The notes under the pieces: model-generated
Database searches by the model: none
What the model saw: only the letters and a program-made list of their open reading frames with translations
What the model was told of the DNA's origin: nothing
NCBI GenBank assembly: GCA_041649495.1
Contig: JBAZMZ010000004.1
Span: 1 to 60,758 of the forward strand
Length of the DNA: 60,758 nt
DNA from: Minisyncoccota bacterium
GTDB lineage: Bacteria; Patescibacteriota; Minisyncoccia; Phycocordibacterales; XYD1-FULL-46-19
Direction: 5' to 3'
Shown: in pieces, positions 45,089 through 53,584 of the stretch
How positions within the stretch are numbered: position 1 is the stretch's first letter
Layout of the letters: each line of letters begins with the position of its first letter
Program-made: the position numbers and the translations under genes

Positions 45089-45130
45089 ATTTGGGTATTA
45101 TAAACCAAAAACAAAAGAAACAGAAAACTT

Positions 45131-45164
45131 GTTAACATTTCTCCCAATTGGAAATTATGTTAAC
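45131..45164. promoter_or_regulatory. 34-nt palindrome upstream of the PaaX-like gene (operator candidate)
   Basis: GTTAACATTTCTCCCAATTGGAAATTATGTTAAC. It is related to 45800-45833. Confidence 0.5.
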
Positions 45165-45184
45165 ATGGAGAGGTAAATATAAAT

Positions 45185-45703
45185 ATGAGCCTTGGCGACG
45201 AAATCATCTTTTTTCTCTCTAACCATCCTGGAAATTATCGAGATCTTAGATCGCGGATGTTGGGGGATCTCTTCCTTGAAGATAAACTCCAGGCCAAGAT
45301 AGCTGAGAGAAAGAAAATGGCAAACCAAGAAAGAGTCTTGCGCGTCACCTTGTCTAGATTGAAGAAAAACGGCTTAATTATAAATAATGAAGAGAGTTTG
45401 TGGAAACTAACAATTGAAGGGGTTAAAAAATTAAGAGATTATCACTGGCGAAAACATAGCCACCCAGCCCAAATTCCCAAGTCTAAAAGAAAAATGATTA
45501 TCGCCTTTGATATCCCTAAAAACAAGGAAAGGGCTCGACACTGGTTGAGAACAGAGTTAGTTGGTTTAGGTTTTAAATTAATGCAAAAAAGTGTCTGGTT
45601 GGGGCCGGCACCGCTACCGAAAGAATTTATTGATCAAACTAAGACCTTGGATATCTTGCCCCACTTAAAATTTTTTGAAGTCAAAGAAACTGACATTATT
45701 TAA
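45185..45703 (+). CDS. PaaX-like regulator: winged-HTH N-terminus plus Cas2-like ferredoxin-fold C-terminus
   Basis: RVTLSRLKKNGLI (wHTH) and MIIAFDIPKNKERARHWLRTELVGLGFKLMQKSVWLGP (PaaX/Cas2-like). A GGAGAGG SD is present. Confidence 0.6.
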   Translation: MSLGDEIIFFLSNHPGNYRDLRSRMLGDLFLEDKLQAKIAERKKMANQERVLRVTLSRLKKNGLIINNEESLWKLTIEGVKKLRDYHWRKHSHPAQIPKSKRKMIIAFDIPKNKERARHWLRTELVGLGFKLMQKSVWLGPAPLPKEFIDQTKTLDILPHLKFFEVKETDII

Positions 45704-45799
45704 TTGAGCAAACAGAGTAACCTGTTCTTACTTTTTCCCCACCTCATACCTTTTCCCCATCTTTTCTCTCTTACTTTTTCTTAAATCCTAACTCCGGTC

Positions 45800-45833
45800 G
45801 TTAACAAAATTTCCAATTGGAAATTTTGTTAAC
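45800..45833. repeat. Perfect 34-nt palindrome downstream of the PaaX-like gene
   Basis: GTTAACAAAATTTCCAATTGGAAATTTTGTTAAC. It is flanked by a pyrimidine tract on the left and a purine tract on the right. Confidence 0.7.
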
Positions 45834-45922
45834 AACAAGAAAGGAAGAAAAAGGGGGGATAGGTAATGTCAGTTTTAATTAATATTTTTTGAAAATCAAA
45901 AGACCGCCCTAACCCGGATAGG

Positions 45923-46258
45923 TCAGAGCGGTCGGCCATTCTCGTCACGGGGCCAATTGGGGCAGTCTTCCTTCGCGAGAGCGCAATTCAACTTATTGGC
46001 GTGTTGCCAGAATGTAGACCAACATAGTGGGCAATTAAGCATCATGATCCCAATAATATCCTTGCGGGTACTTGAGCGGGGAATAACCGAGGAGAACCCG
46101 ACCAGATAATGACACCAAGAAAGGCCGTCACTTCTGGCCTTCTCCAAAAGGTGACAATCGCATCTGGGGCAAGTTTTGTAACCATTATAAGGAAGTTGAG
46201 GATCCCACTTGACCCCCCATTCGGGAGGCATCACAAATTCTTCTTCTGGCTCGAGCAT
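45923..46258 (-). CDS. Hypothetical Cys-rich 111-aa protein (CPRC...CPLC), G+C-rich
   Basis: An AAGGAGGC SD lies 5 nt before the ATG. It has two CxxC pairs. Confidence 0.55.
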   Translation of the reverse strand: MLEPEEEFVMPPEWGVKWDPQLPYNGYKTCPRCDCHLLEKARSDGLSWCHYLVGFSSVIPRSSTRKDIIGIMMLNCPLCWSTFWQHANKLNCALAKEDCPNWPRDENGRPL

Positions 46259-46344
46259 TTCTGCCTCCTTTCGAGGTTAAAGTTAGTGTTCAGTTTCCAA
46301 AATTAAGTTAGCAAAAAGGTGAGAAAAAACAAGGAAAACTTCGG

Positions 46345-46414
46345 CTCGAAGTCCAACTTCGGGCTCACTTGAAGTTGGACTTCAAACCGCAAGGTTCAAC
46401 CTTGCGGTAGCAAC
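46345..46414. repeat. Repeat module A, copy 2
   Basis: GAAGTCCAACTTC gggctcactt GAAGTTGGACTTC, then CCGCAAGGTT c AACCTTGCGG. Confidence 0.85.
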
Positions 46415-46565
46415 CAAGCGAGACTTGTTTCGTTTAAAAAGCCTCTCGCAGACCGAGTTGGCACGGTCTCCGAGCACAGCGAGGAGCAACTCGGTCGAGA
46501 GGAGCAAAAAATTTTCGCTGGAAAATTTTAAGGCGAGGTTTTTAAAACGAAATCAAGTCGAGCGA
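46415..46565. repeat. Repeat module B, copy 2
   Basis: Aligns with 15526-15672. Here it directly abuts module A. Confidence 0.8.
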
Positions 46566-47990
46566 TTATTTTTCCCGCCAAGAGATAATTTGATATTGAT
46601 CAGAAGTAAGGGGAAAAGATGGAGGCGGGCCGTAAAGTAAGCCACCATCATAGGTCAAATTACGCAATTCATAGCCCGTGTCATCAACATAAGCAAAACC
46701 ATAACGTTGGTTTGTCGCAATCATGCCGAACAAGGTTAAAGAATGACGTTTATACTCATCGCCACAATCTTTCCCATAGTAAAAACGTCCCACCCGACCA
46801 TTTTTCGCCACCAAAGCCGCGTCAATTTGTAAATCGTCCTCACTGTCTAACCCAACATTAAAATTATTTTGAGCAATCAAACCAATCACATCCTGACCGT
46901 CATAATTGGTATATTTCAAATCATTATTCACCGTAATACTAGTATTGGTATTAGTACTCTCCGGGAAACGGCCTGAAGCAATTGTTAGGCGCGCCGTATT
47001 AATTTGCCCCGAAACCCAAACATTGTCCTCGACAAAAATAATACCATTAACGGGGAAAGGATAATTGGCAATAAAAGATTCTTTTTTGATGCTCCAAGTT
47101 CCCCAATTAGTTTGACTACTAGAACAACCGCGAGGCGGAGAAGAGACGGAGGTGACTTTATACAAATCGAAAGTATCATTAGTTTTGAGAATCAGATGAT
47201 AACCTTGATCGCCAGAATTAGAAAGATAGCGACCATCAGCGGTATTGGCCTCGGTCTTGAGATTAGCTAAATCAGCCGTGAGGCCGGTAAAATCAACGGC
47301 GGGCACCGGGAATTGTCGCCCAGCCATAAAAACATCCGAGCAACTAGGTGGAGCGATTGGCGGGAACGGATCAGTTGGCGAGTCGTGAGTGTGCACACCA
47401 TACTCGAGATAATGGTCATCGTAGTCAGGATCATCATAACTGGCCTGCGCGCTCGTGATTAAATTATGGGCCACACCGTCAAACCGAACACCATCGTTGG
47501 AGTGAATCGGACCAAAAACTTCGGTTCCTTCACCAAACCGCATCTTAGCATTAGCCCCTACCGCGTATTTAGCCAGCGACGGAATGGCGAGTTTTGATTC
47601 CACTATTCGCTTAGCGTTCGAACCATCAAAAACTTCACCGGTCGAAGTGATGGCCACCAGAGTCGAACCAATCAAGGGCTCCGCGATAACCAAAGAATAT
47701 TGACCAAGAGTATTCCCATCTTTATCTTGATAAGGATGAACATAGGGTCCGGTCGAACTCGAACCTTGGCCATCATGAAAATCCGTTGGCGCATGGGCTA
47801 AATGCCAACGATAATACTCCACTCCCGCTTCGGCAATTTGAAAAGCTTGCTCGCGCGAAGCCAAATAACGCGATAATTTTAAACTTGTTCCGGCCCAACC
47901 AATCAAACCACCAATAATAATAACACCGGCCGCGCTAAAGACCAAAACTTGAACGAGTAAGTACCCACCATTTTTGTTTTTTTCTGTCAT
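46566..47990 (-). CDS. PilX-N-like pilus-associated protein (474 aa)
   Basis: Has an N-terminal TM segment, then SREQAFQIAEAGVEYYRWHL (PilX N-terminal pattern). It sits in the pilus cluster. Confidence 0.6.
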   Translation of the reverse strand: MTEKNKNGGYLLVQVLVFSAAGVIIIGGLIGWAGTSLKLSRYLASREQAFQIAEAGVEYYRWHLAHAPTDFHDGQGSSSTGPYVHPYQDKDGNTLGQYSLVIAEPLIGSTLVAITSTGEVFDGSNAKRIVESKLAIPSLAKYAVGANAKMRFGEGTEVFGPIHSNDGVRFDGVAHNLITSAQASYDDPDYDDHYLEYGVHTHDSPTDPFPPIAPPSCSDVFMAGRQFPVPAVDFTGLTADLANLKTEANTADGRYLSNSGDQGYHLILKTNDTFDLYKVTSVSSPPRGCSSSQTNWGTWSIKKESFIANYPFPVNGIIFVEDNVWVSGQINTARLTIASGRFPESTNTNTSITVNNDLKYTNYDGQDVIGLIAQNNFNVGLDSEDDLQIDAALVAKNGRVGRFYYGKDCGDEYKRHSLTLFGMIATNQRYGFAYVDDTGYELRNLTYDGGLLYGPPPSFPLTSDQYQIISWREK

Positions 47991-48014
47991 TTTTTACTTA
48001 TTTGCTTATTTACA

Positions 48015-48067
48015 CCCCCCTCACCCGCCAGACCTTGGGCTCACTTAAGGTCTGGCGGGGACGGGGG
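48015..48067. repeat. Conserved-loop hairpin family member (extended stem)
   Basis: CCGCCAGACCTT gggctcactt AAGGTCTGGCGG, with outer CCCCC/GGGGG pairing. It starts right after the pilin stop codon. Confidence 0.85.
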
Positions 48068-48715
48068 TCATAAATTATCTTTTAAATTTCTCATCATCAC
48101 TTGGCTCGACAAATAAATCGGCACGGGCGCTTGAGCCGAATTGGCATCAATCAAGAATTCAACTTTAACCAAGCGAATATTTTTGATTTCAATCGGCTCA
48201 ACCAGGGGAGAACTCGACGCCGTCCCATCATAATCACGGTCATAATAACTAAAGATCAGGTTGTTAGGGTTAACCATATCATTAACCAGTGTCGAAACAT
48301 CTTCCGCATTAAGATCGTAAACATAGGGTTGGCCCGAGGGGGCAATTTCCCCCCGCTTAAAAGTTTGGCCATCGAGGAAATAACGCAAGCGTTCACGTTT
48401 GCCATCATTATTAATATCGCTATAAAAAATAAAATTACTTTTATCCGCCAATTCGATCGGGTAAGTGCCAGTATTAGACGGTTCAGCGGTGCGAATTTCC
48501 GCCATCAAACGACGCATGGCAATTTTGGCCTCGCTCTCGGCCACCAATTCGCGCGACCAAACTAAATTTTGGTAAAAAATATCCCGACCAAAATTAGCAA
48601 TCGCCAAGCCAACGAGAACCACCAGGCCGACAACCACCAGCATTTCTACTAGCGTGAAACCCGCCTGATTCGTCAGATTCGCCTGAACTCGTAGATTCGT
48701 ATCGTGTATTTTCAT
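48068..48715 (-). CDS. Prepilin-type protein (PulJ/PilW-like), 19-aa leader
   Basis: ...TNQAG FTLVEMLVVVGLVVL is the class III signal/N-methylation motif. Confidence 0.85.
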   Translation of the reverse strand: MKIHDTNLRVQANLTNQAGFTLVEMLVVVGLVVLVGLAIANFGRDIFYQNLVWSRELVAESEAKIAMRRLMAEIRTAEPSNTGTYPIELADKSNFIFYSDINNDGKRERLRYFLDGQTFKRGEIAPSGQPYVYDLNAEDVSTLVNDMVNPNNLIFSYYDRDYDGTASSSPLVEPIEIKNIRLVKVEFLIDANSAQAPVPIYLSSQVMMRNLKDNL

Positions 48716-50493
48716 TGTGGATTTAAAGTAATTTCTAAAATTTGCCAGTCTTGATTAACCGCGACCGGAGCCGATGATTCTTGGTAACCTGTCTTATTCG
48801 CGCTCACCAAATAATCACCCGTCGTGAGACCATCAAAATAAATTTGGCCAAAAGGCAAACAGGCCGAACTATAAGTCACCGAAATGTCAGATAGATTGGG
48901 CGTCACGAGCGGATCGGCCGTCGATAAGAAAACTCGATAGCGCAAATAACGCGCGGGTGAATTGACCGAGCTAATCGTCGCACCAGAGGTTGAATAATAA
49001 CTCGCGCTCGTACCATCAGGGCCCAACCACGCCCAAGTCGTGGTCGCCGGATCATTACCGGTCGCTAATTGGAAACGAATACTCGTCTCCCCCGTCGAAC
49101 TAGCTTGATCAACCGGTCGCCAATTAAGATTATAAAAAGTGGTGGTGGTCGCGCCCGAATCAAAAACGCCGGAGACCAAATAGCCGGCCGGCTGATAATT
49201 ACCTAAAACCTCAACCAATTTAAGTTCCCCGATCGGCGCATGAGTTTCAATGTTGCCATCAGTTTCTAAACCGCCCGCCGACCAATCCGTTTGGGTAAAA
49301 TAGCCCCGATTCGTTACTAAGGTTTGGTCAACACCATTGCCCGATAAATTGACTTCAACATTAGACAAAGGCAAACCCGAAGCCCCATCCTTAACCGCCA
49401 CCAATAAACCCTTACCCGATTTGGGTTTAAGCACCAACTTAACAGTACTGTCGGCCCCGGGTGGCACCAGCACTGATTGAAGAGGAAAAGAGCCAGCGAT
49501 CGCCCAAACCGAATCGTCAGCGATTAATTGATAAGTGTCCCAATCTAAATTAGGAAGCCATAAATCGCCACTCGCGGAGATAGTCTGGCTTTCGTCATAG
49601 CGCAAAATTTCTGGATCCGCACTTAATAATCTTTCGCCTTGGAGTTGGAGAGTAAAAGGTCCAGCCGGTTGGCAATAATTATCAACTGCCTCTAGTGCCA
49701 AATTACTCAAACGATCAATGATTAAACTTAGGGAGGTTAATTGACCCGCCAAAACCGTGGCATCGGGGCTAGTGGGGTTGGTGAGACCAGCTTCACCAAG
49801 AGCATAAGTGCGAGCCGATGAATAGCCGGCCTTACTAACCTCGACCCGATAAGCAAATTCGCCCGGTGGCGTATCGACCAATTGAAAAATCTCCTCATTA
49901 TTAGTGGTATCTTGAACCACCATCGTCGTTGTCGCTTTAATATTTGTGACCTTAACATTGGCATCAGGTACCGCTTGGCCATTAGCATCAAAAACTTTGA
50001 CAAAGAGCGCGCCGTTGCCCGAACTGTTTTCTAAATTTTTCGGACTAATCATGGCGATTAAGGTTAAGGGTTGAAAATAGCGACAAACCCTACTCCCACA
50101 CGAAACAGTCACTTCAACTAATTTATAATCAGCCGGCGTTAAATCGTTGGGCTCCCCACTGATCGTCCCATCAAACGAATCGTCAAGATTGCGCACTGTC
50201 GTCGTAATCTTAAAAACCATCCCCGAAGTAGTGGCCAAGCGTTCATAGGGCAAAGATCCCGCTGGCCAGCCACCCAAAATACCAACGCTCGAATAAGGTA
50301 AATTGCGCGCAATCTCGATTTGCTCATTGGCCAAACTAATCGCCCCCGCCTTGGCCTTAGCACTAAGAGTAAGACTGCTCACCCCCAAAAACGCTTGATA
50401 AATACCGAGAGCCAAAACGGCAAAAATCGCCGAGGCCACCAAAACCTCAACCAAAGTAAAACCATTAGTCTTAGTCGTTATATTCGTAGGCAT
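48712..50493 (-). CDS. Giant prepilin-type protein (593 aa)
   Basis: MPTNITTKTNG FTLVEVLVASAIFAVL, followed by a large beta-rich extracellular region. Confidence 0.85.
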   Translation of the reverse strand: MPTNITTKTNGFTLVEVLVASAIFAVLALGIYQAFLGVSSLTLSAKAKAGAISLANEQIEIARNLPYSSVGILGGWPAGSLPYERLATTSGMVFKITTTVRNLDDSFDGTISGEPNDLTPADYKLVEVTVSCGSRVCRYFQPLTLIAMISPKNLENSSGNGALFVKVFDANGQAVPDANVKVTNIKATTTMVVQDTTNNEEIFQLVDTPPGEFAYRVEVSKAGYSSARTYALGEAGLTNPTSPDATVLAGQLTSLSLIIDRLSNLALEAVDNYCQPAGPFTLQLQGERLLSADPEILRYDESQTISASGDLWLPNLDWDTYQLIADDSVWAIAGSFPLQSVLVPPGADSTVKLVLKPKSGKGLLVAVKDGASGLPLSNVEVNLSGNGVDQTLVTNRGYFTQTDWSAGGLETDGNIETHAPIGELKLVEVLGNYQPAGYLVSGVFDSGATTTTFYNLNWRPVDQASSTGETSIRFQLATGNDPATTTWAWLGPDGTSASYYSTSGATISSVNSPARYLRYRVFLSTADPLVTPNLSDISVTYSSACLPFGQIYFDGLTTGDYLVSANKTGYQESSAPVAVNQDWQILEITLNPQ

Positions 50494-50511
50494 TCGTAAA
50501 TTAGCATGGCA

Positions 50512-51749
50512 TCACTTGATCGCATTAGAGAGCGAATACATTGGACCAATCATCGACACCGCAAATAAGCCGACGGCCAAGCCAATAATAATCATCAAGA
50601 CGGGTTCAATCACCGTCGACAAATTTTTGGTCACCTGATCAACTTCATCTTCAAAAAAAACTGCGCCTTTGAGCAAGAGTTCCGGCAATTTACCTGTCTC
50701 TTCGCCAACTGACGACATCTCACTAGCAAAAATCGGGAAAAGATTTTGATGAGCCGAGAAGATAACTGACAAAGAAATACCTTTTTGGACCTTATCGAGA
50801 GCTTCAATCATTACTTGTTGATAATAATAATTTTGCACCACCTTCTTGGTGATGGCCATCGTCTTGGTCAGACTAACGCCCGCCGAGACAGAGAGAAAGT
50901 GGTTCGCATAATCACGGCCGAATTGACCTGACGCGTTAATTTATTAACAAAAGGAATATGCAAAAGCAACCAAGGCATCATCTTCTTACCCCGCCCCGTT
51001 TTCGGCCACCAAAGCAAAAAGATAATAAGTAAAACAAGGCCAGCCAAAACGACGAAGATATTATTAACTAAGAAATCAGACAAACCAATCACCAAACGCG
51101 TCGACAATGGCAAGGGCACATTAAGTTCGCGAAAAGTGGCCGACAAGGTCGAGATCAGAAAAATCATCATCAAAATACCGATCGCGACGATGGCCACGAC
51201 AATCACCGAGGGATAAATCAGAGCGCCAATAATTTTGCGACGCAAGGCATAACTTTTTTCTAATTGCTCACCGATTAATTTGAGGGCTTCGGGCAATTTA
51301 CCCGTCTCTTCGGCCGCGGCGACCATCGCCGTAAAAACCTCGGGGAAAATTTTTGGCCACTTAGCCAAAGCGCCACTCAAACTCTCACCCTTGGCAATGA
51401 GAGCCTCTACTTCGGTTAAAACTTTTTTGAAATATTTATGGCTCGTTTGCCGCGCCATCACCGACAAGGCTCGCGACAAGGGTAAACCAGCGCTAATCAT
51501 CGCGCTCAAATTATTAGCAAAAATAATTTTGTCTTTCATCTTTACCCTGTGGAGTATAATTCGCCAAGAGCGAATTACCGCAAAGCGGTACTCCACAGGG
51601 TGAACCCTATTATTTTTTACTTCTTCCACTACTAAAGCAATCAAACCTTCGGCACGCAATTCGCGGGCCAAACTAAAACGGTCAACGGATTCTCGAGTCC
51701 CCGAAATTTCTTCGCCATTAGCCCTTTTCGCCCTAAAATTGAAAATCAT
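50512..51749 (-). pseudogene. pilC: PilC/GspF-family platform protein split by a frame shift (ORFs 50868-51749 and 50512-50859)
   Basis: The first GspF domain (FANNLSAMISAGLPLSRAL...AAEETGKLPEAL) is in one frame. The second (FLSVSAGVSLTKTMAI...VGEETGKLPELL) is in the adjacent frame, which is open from about 50935. Confidence 0.75.
51545..51600. repeat. 56-nt nested palindrome lying in-frame inside pilC
   Basis: CCCTGTGGAGTA ... TACTCCACAGGG, with inner AATTCGC/GCGAATT and ACCGC/GCGGT stems. Confidence 0.8.
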
Positions 51750-51767
51750 TTTTTAATTTTTATTTTG

Positions 51768-51803
51768 CCCGCCAGACCTTGGGCTCACTTAAGGTCTGGC
51801 GGG
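51768..51803. repeat. Conserved-loop hairpin family member
   Basis: CCCGCCAGACCTT gggctcactt AAGGTCTGGCGGG, lying between pilB and pilC. Confidence 0.85.
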
Positions 51804-51814
51804 AAAGTGAGGGG

Positions 51815-53584
51815 TCATTCCGTCACCGCTCGAAGCACTTCCTCGATCGTTGTCACGCCTTGAACCGCTTTGAAAATGCCGTCTTCAAGCATCGTTAACA
51901 TCCCCTCGCTTCGGGCTTGCTCGGCCAAATCTTCGGCCGAGGCCCCCTTAATAATCAAATCGCGCAAGGTCCGGCTCACACCCAAAACTTCGCTAATACT
52001 CACTCGGCCGGCATAACCGTCAGAACAAGTTGTCGCTCCACTCGCCACTTTGGGATGATAAAAAGAAATCGTGCTCCAAGTATCAGTGGGTTTGATAATT
52101 TTTTCTTTCTTCAAACAATCTAACACGCGCTCAAGATTAGCCTTGGTGGCCAAACTTTTGATTTCAGCCTCGGTAGGATGATAAGCCTCGCGCTCGGGAC
52201 AAAGTCGGCGAACGAGGCGCTGGGCCACAATCACCTCCAAAGTAGAGACCAAGAGAAAAGGTTCGGCCCCCAAATCAAGCAAACGCGGAATCGTGCCGGC
52301 CGCTGAATTAGTGTGGAGCGTCGAGAGAACCAAGTGGCCAGTGAGTGAAGCATTGATCGCCAAACCCGAAGTTTCGCGATCACGAATTTCGCCCACCATA
52401 ATAATGTCCGGGTCCTGGCGAACGAGCGTTCGCAAACCAGTCGCAAAAGTCAAACCAATATCGGGTCGAACTTGGGTTTGATTAATGCGTGAAATTTGAT
52501 ACTCAATCGGGTCTTCAATCGTCGAGATATTAACATCCGGTGTATTTAAAATATCGAGCAAAGCGTAAAGCGTCGTCGACTTACCCGAGCCGGTTGGGCC
52601 GGTCACTAAAACTAAGCCCATAGTTCGCTTCACCGCTTGCTGAATTTTTTCTAAACCTTCGCCGTGAAAACCGACCGACTCAAGCGTGTAACCATGGACC
52701 GAATCAGGTAAGAGACGCATCACGACCTTCTCGCCAAATTGCGTCGGTAAAGTCGAAACCCGAAACGAAACATTTTGGCCATGCGTTTCAATCTTGAAGC
52801 GACCATCTTGAGGTAAACGCTTTTCGTCTAATCGCAAATTCGACAATACCTTAATGCGGGCCGTAATCCCGGGCGCCGTTTTTTTGGGTAAAATCATCGC
52901 GTCATGCAAAATCCCGTCCAAGCGATAGCGAATAACCAACTCATTTTCAAACGGCTCAATATGAATATCCGACGCCTTTTGCAAAATCGCGTGGGCCAAA
53001 AGCGAATCCACCATCCGCACGACCGGCAAATCTTCGGCGATTTTCGCCAAATCGTCACTTTTTGACTCACCCCCCAAATCACCCTCGGCCAAATCAGCTA
53101 AAGGGTTCGGCAAATTATTTGATTCTTTCTGGATAATATCACCAAAATCAGCTTTGAGACTTTTCTGATATTGCACCAGCGCATTCTTCATCGATTCTGT
53201 ATCAGTCAAACGCGGTAAAATTTTCAGCGAACTCCCCTTCTTGATAAAATCAATGGCCTCTAAATCAAGCGGATCAAGCATCGCGATCTCCAATGTCTCG
53301 CCCGTCTTTTTATAGGCCACCAAATTATGTTTACGCGCCAACGGTTCGGGAATCAAGGCCAAAATATCTTTCGGAATTCGTTCCTTTTTCAAATCCACAA
53401 ACGGAATCCCCAAAACATACGACTTAGCCCGCCGTAAATCATCCTCGATCAGGAAACCTTTGCCAATCAGCAAATCTTCAATTCGCGCGCCAGAACTTTC
53501 TGCCTCCGCCTCAACCACCGCAAAATCTTTCGCTGTCACCAAACGCGAATCAATCAAAAAATTTTTTAATGGTTCAATTTCCAT
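51815..53584 (-). CDS. pilB: Type IV pilus assembly ATPase PilB (GspE family)
   Basis: Has a T2SSE N-domain, Walker A (GPTGSGKST), and Asp and His boxes. Confidence 0.95.
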   Translation of the reverse strand: MEIEPLKNFLIDSRLVTAKDFAVVEAEAESSGARIEDLLIGKGFLIEDDLRRAKSYVLGIPFVDLKKERIPKDILALIPEPLARKHNLVAYKKTGETLEIAMLDPLDLEAIDFIKKGSSLKILPRLTDTESMKNALVQYQKSLKADFGDIIQKESNNLPNPLADLAEGDLGGESKSDDLAKIAEDLPVVRMVDSLLAHAILQKASDIHIEPFENELVIRYRLDGILHDAMILPKKTAPGITARIKVLSNLRLDEKRLPQDGRFKIETHGQNVSFRVSTLPTQFGEKVVMRLLPDSVHGYTLESVGFHGEGLEKIQQAVKRTMGLVLVTGPTGSGKSTTLYALLDILNTPDVNISTIEDPIEYQISRINQTQVRPDIGLTFATGLRTLVRQDPDIIMVGEIRDRETSGLAINASLTGHLVLSTLHTNSAAGTIPRLLDLGAEPFLLVSTLEVIVAQRLVRRLCPEREAYHPTEAEIKSLATKANLERVLDCLKKEKIIKPTDTWSTISFYHPKVASGATTCSDGYAGRVSISEVLGVSRTLRDLIIKGASAEDLAEQARSEGMLTMLEDGIFKAVQGVTTIEEVLRAVTE

